The notes beneath the pieces were generated by a model, which was not told the DNA's origin, did no database searches, and was given only the letters and a program-made list of their open reading frames with translations. Of a DNA stretch of 64,000 bases, positions 24,096 through 37,615 are shown one piece after another. Origin of the DNA: Octopus sinensis (taxonomy: Eukaryota); contig NC_043004.1 in NCBI RefSeq assembly GCF_006345805.1, positions 46,624,001-46,688,000 on the forward strand, given 5' to 3'. Within the stretch, counting starts at the first letter, position 1, and each line of letters starts with the position of its first letter. The translations under genes were made by a program, and so were the position numbers.

Positions 24096-27000
24096 GGAAC
24101 AGAAAAACAAAGAAAATACACAAAAAATGATTCCCCATCCCTTATACCGCACTCACCACACACAAACACTCAACAACCAACAACAACGAAAACAACAGCA
24201 CAACCACTTACACAGACATACATAGAAGTCTACAACATACCCCTACCCCCTACTGATTCCTCAGAAATTTCGTCGGAAGACGAAACCAGTGAGGAATGGC
24301 AAATAGCTACAAAAAGAAGGAAAATAAAGAGCAGAAACACAACCAAACCAAATGCAAACACAAACAAAGCAGGGGGAAATACATCTCCCGAAGACATTTC
24401 AAAACCCAACACAAACAACAGCCACACCAACACCACAAAAATATATACAGCAACCATGCTCACAGCTATAGACATCAAAAACACAAATTTGATGGAATAC
24501 ATCAAATCAAAAACAAACATAACAGATGACATAAAAACAAACAATCACCCATACACAACACCACCAGACCACATCAAAATATTACACATCTCCAAAAGTC
24601 TGCACCACACACTCAAAGGCATTTTCCCCAGTGCGGTTGGTAAATGCCAAAAATATCTCACGAAGAAACTGTACTGGGATCTCCTCGAGGACAAACCAAA
24701 GGAGGAGAAAGCAAAAACTTTCGAGCAGTAATTAACCCTCTGTTCCTTTCATTTGTATTCTAATTCATTAGGAATATGATCAAGATTGGTTGTGTAAATG
24801 CGCGTGGCTTGGGGTCCCCTTGGAAACATAAAGTCACATAAGTTAGAAATCATAGCCATAAGTGAAACCAGACTCCACAATCCGCGGGCCCTAAAGACCA
24901 TGTTTGGCGGACAGTTCAACATTTATTTTTCCCCCTGTCTGCCAAAAATGGGCGGTAGTGGCACCGCGGTACTTTTTCGCAAGAGTCTGGATCTCAAAGT
25001 AAAGACAATATTCGTAGACCCGGAGGGTAGACTGGTCGTCCTGGATGTCGACGGCAGCAATGGGTGCGCTTTTCGACTCGTATCAGTCTACGCACCCTTA
25101 ACAGGTCGGGTGGATTTCTTTCAACGTCTAGAAGTATTCTTGGGAACGTCTCGTCCTTTACTCTTAGTGGGGGATTGGAATGCTACTTTGGACACGCATG
25201 TAGACTATGTGGGTAGAGATAGGAATAGACGGGGATGCAAATGCCTCAGAGAGCTGCTCAGACGCTTTCAACTGTCTGACAGGTTCCGACTAGACCACCC
25301 GAATGCGCCAACGTGGACATGGAGCAACCGCATCGGGTCGTCGAGATCGTATCTAGATAGGATACTGTGTAGGACAGTAGATAGAGATAGCATAGGATGT
25401 CCACAATTCCACATAGTCAGCTACACGGAACACAAACTTGTGACATGTACGCTAGACTTAGGTAAGACACTTAGGCAGGGTCCCGGATACTGGAAACTAA
25501 ACGCGTCTTTCCCATCGAGACAGGTTTTCAGAGACCGGATTAGCACATTGTAAAGAGGTCTTTGACGGGAGCCATCATCAACAACAAATGGTGGTTTGCC
25601 CTCAAGAGAGCAGTAAAAGCAGAAGCGATTAGGTACAGCAACGCACTAGCTATAGATAGAAATAGAGTGGAGGGTGAGCTAGTTAAGAAGCTAGAAGAGG
25701 CAATTAGAAGCGGCATCGCATCCGAGGTTTTGGCGGCGAGGTTGGCCCTCGATTAACACTTCAACGCCAAACACAACGGGTGTGCTGTCAGAGCTAGGAT
25801 GCGTGCTCTAAGGAACGAAGGTGTTGGAGCCGCGAGAGAGGCCAGGGTGGCAGAGGCGCAACAGGGCAACAAAGCCACCATTCGGTCTCTGGTAGATGAA
25901 CAGGGGCACGAATTGCTCGAGCCAAGTAAAATGTGTAAGGCCTTTCAACAGCATTTTGGCCGACTGTTCGGGACGACTGGCGGGCAAGAACGTAGAGTGG
26001 ACTTCAGTGCCTACCTAAACAGCCTACCACGACTCTCGACAAGAGAGGCAGGGTGCTGCGAAGGTGCCATCACGGCGGCGGACGGTTTTGTGAGCCGAGG
26101 AGCCGTAACACTGCTGAAGAAAGACCTAAACAAGGAAAATATAATAGATAACTTTAGACCCATCACTCTGCTGAATGCAAACTTGAAAATGTTGGCCAAG
26201 GTGCTAGCCAAGAGGTTGGCGCTTGTCATCGAGAAACTGGTCGACAAGGCGCAAACGTGCGCCGTGCCGGGCCTACCATCCATGACAACCTCCACCTGAT
26301 GCGCTACATCATAGACAGGGTAGTTCACGAACATGGCATGGGTGGGGCGCTGATCAATTTGGATCAATCGAAAGATTTCGATAGGGTGGACCATCGATAC
26401 TTGGAGGCAGTCCTCAGAGCGGCTGACTTCGGTCCCGTCTTCCGCAGCTGGTTAGCCGCTTTGTACAGAGGCATCCGTTCGGTAATTCGCGTAAATGGAC
26501 ATCTATCGAGACCTTTCGAAATCGAACGTTCGGTCTGTCAAGGATGCCCCCTCTCGTCGCTTCTATACGTATTGACTCTCGAGCCATTATTGCGGAAGCT
26601 GGAACTTTGAGGGACATCCCGCGAGAACTGGGATGCGGGACGAGCGTGTCTGCATACGCGGACGACGTCACCGTCATAGTTTCTAGCCACGAGCACATCG
26701 AGCAAGTCAGCGAGACACTGAAAAACTACGAAGCGGTGACAGGAGAGAAAATCAACCGGGAAAAGTTAGTGGGCTTGCGACTAGGCACCTCGAGAAGCAA
26801 GCCCATGCCGTCCACCAGCGCATCCGTCGTGGGACGCTGGACCGACGGCCCGGTCGAGTTGCTCGGGGTCTAGTTTGGTCCGGACGTCCAAGTGGAGAAG
26901 AACTGGAACGAGATAACGAGTAGGGTGGTCACTCACGCCCGGCAAAGGGCCAAGAGGAAACTGTCCCTAAAAGGTCGGGCGGAGGTGGCGAACACGTACA

Positions 27001-28440
27001 TCGCGTCCGTCATCTACTACCGCCTGACCGTCGTGCCTTGTCCCGACCCTATCATCCCCAAACTAGAACGCATTCTCTTTCGCTTCTTGTGGAAAGGATG
27101 CGTCGCGATGGTCAGGCGATCTATTTGCTGCCAACACCCGTTAAAAGGAGGACTGCGCATGCCGTGGTTGATGATGCGCAGACACGCGCTGAGACTGCGA
27201 CATTTCAGGTTCTTCGTAGACGACGGTGAACAGGTGTGGTCGCCGTTTGTGAGGCACGCTTTCACGCAGCTCGTCTCCATGACCGAACTGCAGTCGTGAA
27301 TCAAAAAGAGGCCGAGGAAGGGCGAATGGCACCGCGAGTGTCACGTTGCTCTCAAGCAACTCTGCCGTCCTGGGTCGACCTTGAGTGACTTCATCACAAC
27401 CCAAGCATTCTATAGGGGATTAGTGGAGGGGAGGTACGACGACGAGCTCGGGGCGAACCTGGACGTCGACGAGGAGTACTTGACTCGCCTGTTCGGGACG
27501 AATTTCGGGCCAGGGCCCATGGACAACTTCCAGAGATCCTTGGACTGGCAGTGCTACCGAGAAGCGCTACCCATTCGGGATAAGCTCTACAGACACGACT
27601 CGAGAAACACGGGGCCGACCTGCCCGAGATGCGGTCAGAGCGACGAAACCTTTCTGCACGCACTTGTGCAGTGTCCAACAATTTCCGACCTGTGAGCTTA
27701 TGTCGAACAACTGCTGTCACGTGTGGGACGAGTCGGTTTATCAGCTGAGTCTATCATCAATATTGTCACGCCTCCTTCCTTCAAACGGGAAGGAAGAGCT
27801 ATTTTCATCATCCTTGTGGCTATGGCGAAAGAATGTATCTGGTGGACGCGTCTGAAAGGATTGGAAACAAACACTTTCCTCTCTGGTCAATCTCTCATCA
27901 ACTTCTTCAAGTACCACTTGAAAAGGAAAGTGAGAGTAGAGAGGCAAGTTTTGTCTAGCGAATGTTTTAAAAAAAGATGGGTGAATGTAGCAAGGATGGC
28001 ACGTATGAATGACGAAGCCACCTTGAGCATAATCCTATGAACCCAGAAATTGAAAACAGATGGTTACCCACTAGCAAACAAATGTGATAACATATAACAT
28101 ATAACAATATCGACCAAGGTTACCGTGGTCTTTTTCGTAGGCTTTTCTTCCGACGGATAAACCATACTTGCTTTCCCCTTTACACCATACATCATAACAC
28201 TGTGATACACGATCCCTATTGATCATTTTTCCCCCTTTTTCCCCTATTTTTCTCCTTTTTTTCATTTCTCTTTTCTTTTGTTCCTTTTCCCTTTTACGAT
28301 CCCTTTTGATCGAAAACCTACGCCACCTGTTTTTGTTTCTTTTGTTTTTTGTTTTTTTGTTTTTTTCATCCCCCAAAAGAAAAGCTCTACCTTGTAACTT
28401 GTCCCATCTGTGTGCAGCCCTGTGTGGCCAATAAAGAAAC
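24096..28440 (+). mobile_element. L1/Tx1-clade LINE, near full span but internally deleted and disrupted
   Basis: ORF1-like region to 24731, ORF2 pseudogene, T-rich 3' UTR, AATAAA at 28430, followed again by an ATCT-like repeat. Confidence 0.9.
24776..28040 (+). pseudogene. Tx1 ORF2: APE endonuclease, reverse transcriptase and C-terminal zinc knuckle
   Basis: MIKIGCVNARGLG, IAISET, LVGDWNA, SYLDR; NFRPITLLN, LDQSKDFDRVDH, CQGCPLS, YADDVT; CPRCGQSDETFLHALVQC. Multiple stops and frameshifts, with an apparent deletion near 26080. Confidence 0.92.
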
Positions 28441-28617
28441 TTATCTGTCAGTCTATCTATTTATCTCTCTATCTATTTGTCTGTCTGTCTATCCATATAT
28501 ACGTCATATATATATATATATATTTGCATGTAGGTATCTCTCACTCTCTCTTTCTAAATTTCTCTCTTTCTTCTTTATCCTACTCTCTCTCCCCTCTCTC
28601 TCTGTATATAGATAAGA

Positions 28618-28666
<49 letters not shown>

Positions 28667-29250
28667 CGTTAGTAATGTATGTGTCTGAGTTGTGAGTGGA
28701 AAATACAAATTACTATTTATGCCTATCTAGTTGCATACATGTCTGGAATATATTTTATCCATTTTATGTGGGGCAACTAGTATTTTCCAAACAAGAACTG
28801 TCTAAATGGGAAATGGGAAAAAATTATTATTCAGGTTTTTATTGTTAGGAAAGAATACTTCATACAATCACACTAACGCGTATATCCAATTTTTTAGATC
28901 CTGAAGAGAAAAGTTCTGAACAAGAGGCCTGTAAGAAAAGACTTTACACTTATAATTATTAACGTTTTATTTTCAGCTATAATATACCCAGGACTACAAC
29001 TTCAATTGCACCCATATTAATTTGAAGCTCTAATTTGAAATACGACACAAAGCTGTCTACTTATCTATCAGCATGAATGCCAGTGTATAAGTGATTTCGA
29101 CAGAGTTTATAAACATCACTTTAGTTATCTATCTCCCAGTAATTATCTCAGCTTTGATGGCATTGACATATGACTGACGCCATTCGCTTTGTGACTATCC
29201 TGGCTTTTAGGTAGCACATATACATCCGTACATAAATACATGTATCGATG

Positions 29251-30420
29251 CATGGCTGAGTAAAAAGCAAGCCACGTTTTGAAACATGAAATTCACTACG
29301 GCATATTTCAACAATGCAGAAATGTTATTCATCAAAGTAAATACCATTACAATCAACACATTTTCTCTAACGAATTACAAGCTTGTTTATTCCGATAACA
29401 TAAACATCTGGAGACTTAGAACTGATGAACTCTTTCATCGCACATTCAGAATTGCTTTCATTTTTGAGCTCTTTCTCTTGCAGGAAACCATCAAGATCCT
29501 TGAAAAAGTAGTGGTTGTTATTAGAAAGGTCTGGGGAATAAGCTGGGTGGGGGAAGAACTTCGTAGTGAAGGTCCTTCAACTCCAAGAGCATCATTACTG
29601 AAACATGTGGTCGAGCATTGTCATGAAGAATGATTGTCCCTCTTCTGTTGACCAGTCAGGGCTGGAGGAATAGACGTTTTTCGTTCATTCTGGCAATTTC
29701 ATGTCAATATATTACTGCAGTAATATTTTGCCGGGTTTTAAGAAATTATGGTGGATGAGTGCAGCAGTTTACAACCAAACAGTCACTATAACCTTCTTTT
29801 TGAAGAGTTCGGGTTTAGAAAAGGTTTTTGTACTTCATTTTTGTCCAACCACTGCGAAGAACGTTTTTATTATTGTACAGAATCCGCTTTTCATCGTAAG
29901 TTAGAATGCAGTCGAGAAACGGATCGGTCTGATTACGGAGGAGAAGAGAAGAGTAAATTTCATGTCTGCGCATTTTCTGATTTTCATTCAAATCGTGTGG
30001 TACCCATTTGTCGACCTTTTTTTTTCGATCGCCTGCAAATGGTTGCAGGCAGTTTTCTGAGTAACGTGATTTTTTTGCTATTTCTCGAGTGGCTTTACGT
30101 GGATCTTTCTCAATTTCAGTATTTCATTGACCATCATCGATGACAGGTGGGCGTCCACTATGCTCACGAACTTCAAGGTTCAGGTTTCCACCGCAAAACC
30201 GTTTAAACTATTTAAATCTGATCACTCACTGATCATTTCTGACCAAACACATCGTTGGTACCGCAAACAGTTTCAGCTGCTGTACGTCCTTTTTTGAAGT
30301 TGAATAGCAAAATTGCTCGAATATCGCACTTTGACATTTCAGAACAATTCAAAACTCTGCAACAATCCTATACAAAGTCTTCATTGATCAAAACGTTGCT
30401 TACTTTCTTACTCAAATCCT
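29251..30420 (-). mobile_element. Decayed mariner with TIR remnants
   Basis: Minus strand VDKWVPHD near 30000. TIR pair GGCTGAGTAAAAAGCAAGCCACGTTTTG (29254-29281) and CAAAACGTTGCTTACTTTCTTACTCA (from 30389). Confidence 0.8.
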
Positions 30421-31088
30421 CCCCTCCTCTACCACGTGATTTCTGTCCGGCTTATGCGTTTTTTTTCTTTTTTGGCTGACTGCTTTTGAGGTCAGTCGCA
30501 TCTGTTGTTTTGTCTCGCCACCCGGTCAGTAAGAATTTTCTATTTCCTTCTCCTTGCCATAGCGTACTACTACACTGTCTGTATAGTCGAAAGACTGTTT
30601 CATATTTTGTTGTATAACTGAAAGGCTTTTGTCCATCTAATAATATATAATTCTATTTCTTATGTTATGTTCGTTCGCTAGTCGAAAGACCCCACGTATT
30701 TGTTATTTCCTTGCGTTTGTATATGTACATTCGTTTGCCTTGCTCAGGGGCTTAAAGCTTTAGCTTAAGCTCTTGGCCTAACTAGTTTCGAGTAGTATCA
30801 GAGGGAATTGGGCGAAACTTTGTGGACATTCCAGATTCCGACTGAAGTGGCAACTGGCTGCGAATGATCCGTGTATCTTGTTTTGTCCCGTTTGCAAGTG
30901 TTGTGCTATCGTCCTTTTCCAGCTTGTTATGCTTTGACGATTTCCGTTTGTTGTGTTTAGTACCCTTTATATATATATATATAATTTATAAATGAGGGTG
31001 AAAAAATTGATATTAATTTAATAATACCATCAATTTAACACCAAGTGGCTTAGCACATAAAACTAGGGAGATAATACAAATTTATACA

Positions 31089-31640
31089 TAAATTATAAGG
31101 GAGTTAACACTATGTGGATAGCTCTAGTGCTAAAAATAGCTCCGTGACTAGTATAGCCACAGAAAGATGTTTCCAAAAAGAAATAACATTACATTTAACG
31201 GAAGGAAAGTGAAGTATAACGAAAAAATAGATTGACCCTGAACAATTGTTTCATTACTAATGTAATATGTAATTTTACTTACATAGACATCTATAAATCA
31301 TCGGCAGAGGTTTGTCTTAAATACAATTTATTAGACCCTCACGAGAGTCAAATTCACGTGCGGTGTAATCGAGTGCATTTGTAATTATGCATCAAAGGGT
31401 CTAATAAATTGTATTTAAGACAAACCTCTGCCGATGATTTATAGATGTCTATGTAAGTAAAATTACATATTACATTAGTAATGAAACAATTGTTTAGGGT
31501 CAATCTATTTTTCGTTATATTTCACTTTCCTTCTGTTAAATGTAATGTTATTTCTTCTTGGAAACATCTTTCTGTGGCTATACTAGTAACGGAGCTATTT
31601 GTAGCACTACAGCTATCCACATAGTGGTAACTCACTTATA

Positions 31641-31645
<5 letters not shown>
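31089..31645. mobile_element. Fold-back element (about 250-bp arms, about 56-bp spacer) with an HHR-like motif in each arm (31426-31499 +, 31236-31309 -)
   Basis: CTCTG CCGATGA T TTA..TAA T GAAAC AATT GT T (C/T)AGGG; arms are near-identical reverse complements; (TA)n to the right. Confidence 0.8.
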
Positions 31646-31695
<50 letters not shown>

Positions 31696-31698
<3 letters not shown>

Positions 31699-32228
31699 TA
31701 ATAAATAAAATATATGCATACATACAAACATATATGTACGTACCTACATCTACATGTATATATACATACATATATAAATATATATACGTGTGTACAGGAG
31801 ACTACAAATAGACGTAGAACTCAACGAGAAACGAAAACGTAAAAACAGCAAGGAACGGACCATTTTTTTAACAACGACAAAACAGAGTACAAGACAACTA
31901 CACAAGGAAAAATCCCCTTCATCAGCTGCCCCTAGTTCAACTCCAGCGTTTTTCGAAGGTAGCTGATGAAGGGGATTTTTCCTTGTGTAGTTGTCTTGTA
32001 CATGCTGTTTTTACGTTTTCGTTTCTCGTTCAGTTCTACGTCCATTTGTGGTGTCCTGTACACACGTATATATATTTATATATGCATGTATATATACATG
32101 TAGATGTAGGTACGTACATATATGTTTGTATGTATGCATATATTTTATTTATTACACTATTGTATAACTGAGCGCCTTCGCGTCGATTCGATTCGATTCG
32201 TTTGGTTTCGTTTCTTCTTCTCTAAGCT

Positions 32229-32235
<7 letters not shown>
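31696..32235. repeat. Repeat family E as an inverted pair (31696-31935 and 31963-32235)
   Basis: Plus arm starts at CTGATGAAGGGGATTTTTCC; a second plus copy lies at 63372-63683; flanked by (TA)n. Confidence 0.8.
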
Positions 32236-32265
<30 letters not shown>

Positions 32266-32269
<4 letters not shown>

Positions 32270-32612
32270 CAAAAAGAGACAAGAACGCAAAGCATCCTAA
32301 AGATGATACAAAAACACGGACGGGTTATTCGAAGCCTTTAGTCTTCAGTCTAGAACCTGATCATCCTCGCAATTTCAGCTGATTAATCTTGAGATCTCTC
32401 CAATCTGGCCGGCCCCAAGGAAAAACTAAGCTAAGAGCATTAGATTCCTTGGAAAAAGCTTCGAATGTACACGAAACAAGGACGGGAAAACGGACGATGT
32501 TATACGAATATAAATACTAATATAATACGAAAAACAATAATAATAATAATAATAATAACATGACATCACAACAGGCGTCTGTCGAGTAGAAAACGAATTG
32601 AATTCAGCTGGC
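32266..32612 (+). repeat. Repeat family D copy
   Basis: Aligns to the reverse complement of 4812-5132; starts right after (TA)n. Confidence 0.7.
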
Positions 32613-32859
32613 CTGTTAGGAATTGTGACTTACGCGACCGCTACCAGACTCAAAAAGGCCAGTAGTCGGCCAAGCGGTCACGTGAGAAGAGAAGAGAGAG
32701 GAAAAGAGGAACAAAGGAATTTAGGAGAGAGAGAACAGAGAGAGAAAGAGAGCGAGAAAAAGGTGGAGACAGGGACAAGTTGAAGTGCAAAGTAAGAAAG
32801 GCAAAAGAAAGTAAGAGAGTGGGGAGCATATATAATTTAAAAATAAGATAAAATCTTTA

Positions 32860-33410
32860 TAAGAATTTATCAAGTAGTTAGCGAAAAAAACTCTCATAAG
32901 GGAAAAATCCATGAATTATTTCTCTTAAATATATTTACTTATATTAAGGGCAATACTATACATAAAAGCCCCAGGCTAGGAGGGACTTTTAAAGTCAAAA
33001 CTACCATAATAAATAAAGTCATTGTACTATACACGTTTATGTATGAACAATTCTATGTACAATGCTGGATACATTTGGTGTTCCTCTGGTACGTTGATTT
33101 TTTGTTCATTTTTATGTGTCTTGATTATGCATGCACTAACAATTTAAAAAGTGCATTTTGTGCACTAATTATGAAATCATAGGATCTGCAACTGAATCTG
33201 TTTTTAAAAGCCTCGCTTCGAGAGTTGCATTCCCTTGCATTCGGTACAAAATGTGTTTATTATGGTAGTTTTGATTTTAAGAGTCCCTCCTAACGTGAGT
33301 CATTTATGTATAGTAATGCCTTTATATATCTGAAGGGAATAATTAATATATGTTTTCCATTCTGAGGTTTTTCACGCTAACTACTTGATAATTATATTAT
33401 TAAAAGCGTT
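32860..33410. repeat. Diverged relative of the 487-bp family, again with an inverted arm
   Basis: GAGGTTTTTCACGCTAACTACTTGATAA vs GAGGTTTTTACGCTATCTACCTGACAA, and TATGAAATCA..TTGCATTC homology; arms about 32860-33015 and 33255-33410. Confidence 0.6.
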
Positions 33411-33654
33411 TAGTTCATCACTATACATATCCATCATATTCTGTTAAAATGTCTTCTTGACGAGTTTTATTTCTTCAATTCCTTGAAGAGAAGATTACAT
33501 TGCTTTACAACATTTTATTCCTTTGGAATAATTGTAATGATGTCTTCGAAACATATATCGTTGTAAGAGAATGTGGGTAATACATGCGTTTAACTCCATT
33601 TAGTTTTTGATATATATATATATTGGAAGGTTTGGAGATGATGTACAGGTATTT

Positions 33655-33915
33655 TATATTAGAAGAAATGAGGTACTCAGAAATTCGGATGGTTTTATAT
33701 TTATAGATATTTACTTGTATATTACATGTTTTTATACATCATATAACTTAGATCATATATTAGCGCTTCCTACCAGCACAGTTCGAATTGAAAAACCCAC
33801 TAGAATGGGAGAAAGCGTTAATATATGATCTAAGATATATGATGTATAAAAACATGTAATATACAAATAAATATAAAATCATCCGAATTTCTGAGTGCCT
33901 CATTTCTTCTAATAT
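33655..33915. repeat. (TA)n-flanked fold-back (about 110-bp arms)
   Basis: AGAAGAAATGAGGTACTCAGAAATTCGGATG vs CATCCGAATTTCTGAGTGCCTCATTTCTTCT; no HHR core seen. Confidence 0.8.
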
Positions 33916-33919
33916 ATAT

Positions 33920-33998
<79 letters not shown>

Positions 33999-34199
33999 TT
34001 GTATATATGTATGTATGTATGTATATATATATATATATTATATATATATATATATATATTATATATACACATATAATGTGTATAAATACATACACACACA
34101 CACTTATATACTTATATGCATGCATACAACACATACGTCAGGAAAATGCGTATATCTTTATATCTTTATACAGATATTTATTGATTTTCATGGGTAAGT

Positions 34200-34600
34200 A
34201 TCGAAGCGAGACAATGCTAAAATCTGTAAACCATATAGAATGCAAAGCCGTCCACCGGGTGAGTTATGCACTTCATTTCGAATGATACATCGTATCCTGA
34301 GTGCTATATTTTGGCAAAGCCATTTTATATGAAAACAAATAATATCACATATCTACAAAATTTCACGAACAGAGGTTTTGGCAATTTTTAACTGATTTCA
34401 AACTCTACAATTGTGAACAAAGAAAATATATGGGTGGGTTCCATTTCAGGAATCCATCAGCCAAAGTTTGTGGCTTTAAGTGTATTGTGAATGACCTTGT
34501 TGGAAGCCAAACCTTCCGAGTTCTTTTACAGGGCTTAAAAAACTGAAGGACTCCTGCAATAAATCTAAGAAACTGAGAGGGGAATATGTTGACTAAGATC
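34200..34600 (+). mobile_element. Heavily decayed mariner 3' fragment
   Basis: Ends ..KLRGEYVD*, resembling mariner C-termini. Confidence 0.45.
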
Positions 34601-34852
34601 ATAATTAACTGATCCTCCTGTATTTTCTTTTACCCAACACCAGGAACTTATAAGCACTCCTTCGTAGATAGTGAGGATAATCTAGTAATGAGTAGTCCAT
34701 ACATCGAGATGAAGAGTAGAACGTTTCCTTGAACGAGTCATAACTGAAACTGGCAAAAGTGGAAATTACGATGACATACAAACAAGTGGAAAATAAAGCA
34801 TACAACAGTTAACGACCGTAATGTTGATGTTCATATATAAGAAGTTATAGAG

Positions 34853-35060
34853 GGGACGAGTTGAAAGAATCGCTACCGCTCCGGGAAATGCTTGGCGGTA
34901 TTTCGTCCGGTTTTTCTATCTGAATTCCAATCTGCCAAGTTTGACTTTACCTCTCAATCTTTCGGGGTCGATAAAATAAGTACCAGTTGTGCCCTGTAGT
35001 TTATGGAGTCGACTTAACACCTCACTCTAAATTACTGGACTTGTGTCAACATTTGAAACC
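34853..35060 (+). mobile_element. SINE family A, diverged
   Basis: GAAATGCTTGGCGGTATTTCGTC..TCTTTCGGGGTCGATAAAATAAGTACCAG. Confidence 0.75.
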
Positions 35061-35330
35061 AATATGTGAGAAAGGATAAGCGTGAGCGTATTGCTACAGA
35101 AATTAGTGTCAGTATGAGATAAAATACGTTTGTGTATGCATATACGTATGGCATGGGGACGGAGTACATGCGCGTGTGTGTATGAAAACGCATACATACA
35201 TACATACATACATACATACATACATACATACATACATACATACACACATACATACATATATACATACATACAACATACAACATACATACATACACACCTA
35301 CATACATACATACATACATGCATACATACA

Positions 35331-35362
<32 letters not shown>

Positions 35363-36271
35363 AATATATATACGCACACTCATAAATATACTTATATACA
35401 TGTATATGGATTCATATATATATTCATACACCTATATCTATGTATTTATCTGCGTTTGTGCCTATGTGTGTGAATGTATGTATGTGCGTGTGTGTGTGCG
35501 TCTTTGTGCGTGTGTATATTTGTTTGTGTGTGTGTGTGTCTTTGTGTGTGTAAGTGTGTGTATGTTCCAGTTCGCAGTTAACTGTGTGATTTTCCCTGTC
35601 TTTCTTCTTTTCAAATATTCACTGTATTTCGTTTCCTATTTTTTTCTTGTATTCAAATATTCAAATGCAGATTTATGAATATTCTCAACTATCCTACGTG
35701 CTTTGTGTTTCTAAAATGATGTGTTGTTTAATATTTAAATAAATCTATTTCACTTCTCTCTATTTTTCACCTGTCTTTTTGTATATGCAGTTTTTACTGT
35801 TTTATTTACTTATTTGTTTACTTCCTTGTTTTCGTTTGTTTACCTATTTTCGTTTTATATTTTATTCCCTTTACTTAACATTTTTATTTAGCATTTTCTT
35901 TTCTGGCTATCAATATTTTCGGGATAAACTTTTTGCTAGTAAAAATATTCCTGTTTTAAAAAGGTTAATAATTTCTACAATAAATATACTATAGTATTGT
36001 TTCCAACGTCGAGGTAATTCTTAAGGAGGACACACGGACAACTACGAAGATTTTCCATTTTGTTCTATTCTGTTGTTTCTGAAAATTTTTATTTTCAAAT
36101 CAGTGGATAATGCAAATATCCTCTTCTCTAGTATCCTCTGTTATATGTGAGTGTCTTCTATTATAATCCTGGACCACTCTATTGTTCGAGGTTACAATAG
36201 GAGCTGAGGTGTATCTTTTACCAGAAATTGTGAAATTGTGCAGATGATTTTTACACACACAGACACTCACT

Positions 36272-36344
<73 letters not shown>

Positions 36345-36467
36345 ATTTCTCCTCTACTTTCCCCTTCCTTTCTGACTATTCTGTCCGAGTCAGACGCCAT
36401 GGTAGATCGTTAGCTACTACACACATTTCTTTCTCTCTTTGTTTCTTTCCTTGTTTTTTCTGTGTCC

Positions 36468-36503
36468 CTTTCTGTAGAAGAGCCTAGGCTCGAAATGTAA
36501 AAG
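36468..36503 (+). ncRNA. Variant hammerhead-like motif, family F (in a repeat at about 36400-36600)
   Basis: CTTT CTGTAGA A GAGC CTAG GCTC GAAA TGT A AAAG; homologue at 58011-58048 (-). Confidence 0.4.
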
Positions 36504-37615
36504 CCTTTTTTCTATTCCTGAGCGCTATACAAATACGTCTGTTTGTTTTGTACACCACTTGCCTTCGTCTTTTGTTTATTTTCGTAAACTTTCCCGTTAT
36601 TTATATATAGGTAGGTAGGTACGTACGTACGTAGGTGTGTGTGTATTGCCTGGAACACTGTCTGTGTGTGTGTGTGCATGTGTGTATGTATGTGTTTGGG
36701 TGTATGTGTCCGTGTGCAAATCTAATTTTATATTTACCTGTCAATACTTAACAAACTTATTGATTTGCTCATGTCTCTCTTAGCGATGCACCTACAGTAC
36801 TGTTACATGTCTTAAAATATAAAATGGTATCAAGTCGATCGACTATATCGTTGAACATAGCACTAAAAGAAATAAGAGCAGTTTATTGAGGAACAGACGA
36901 AACATGTAATTATGGGCTAAACGTTTAAGTCGTTGTTGCCCCATCTCTTATTCCCCTCTCAGGCCAACAATTTAATCTGCGAAAAAATGATGAAATAGGA
37001 ATCGACACCAGAGGATTTGTAGCGAGAACATACAGCCGGACTATATTCCACTAAGCATTTTCCCGGCGTGCTAAAGATTATGCCAGCTAGTTGCCTTGGT
37101 ACTTGAAAAAATATTACAAGGAATGAGAGGCGAAAATTCAAATCATCCAAGTTGGTTCTATTTAGTTGCAGACTATATAGACTAGAACTAAATATTTTAA
37201 GTATATATTTATTTAATTAACATTTTATAAATATTTGTTTGAATCATAATCTGACTTATTTTGTTTGAGAATTCACAGCTGTGAAAATAAATATATACTA
37301 CAAATTTCAATAATTTGGCTAAACAAAGCATTCATGGAAGAATAGTTATCAGCCATGCAAGGACAATTACACAGCAAATCAAGACCTCAAATATCGATTG
37401 GTTCGTCAGAAATGTTAATAAATATATGGACAATTATATATATATAAGTTATTTTTAAAGAAAAATTACAATCACATGGAATCAAGCTAGTTATATCTGT
37501 GTATAGTACACGTATATTTATATACAAGATTGTATGTAGATCAACTACTACTACTATTTCTACTTGCAATGATAATGATAATCCAGTCTATTGGAGGCAC
37601 AAGGCCACCAATTGG

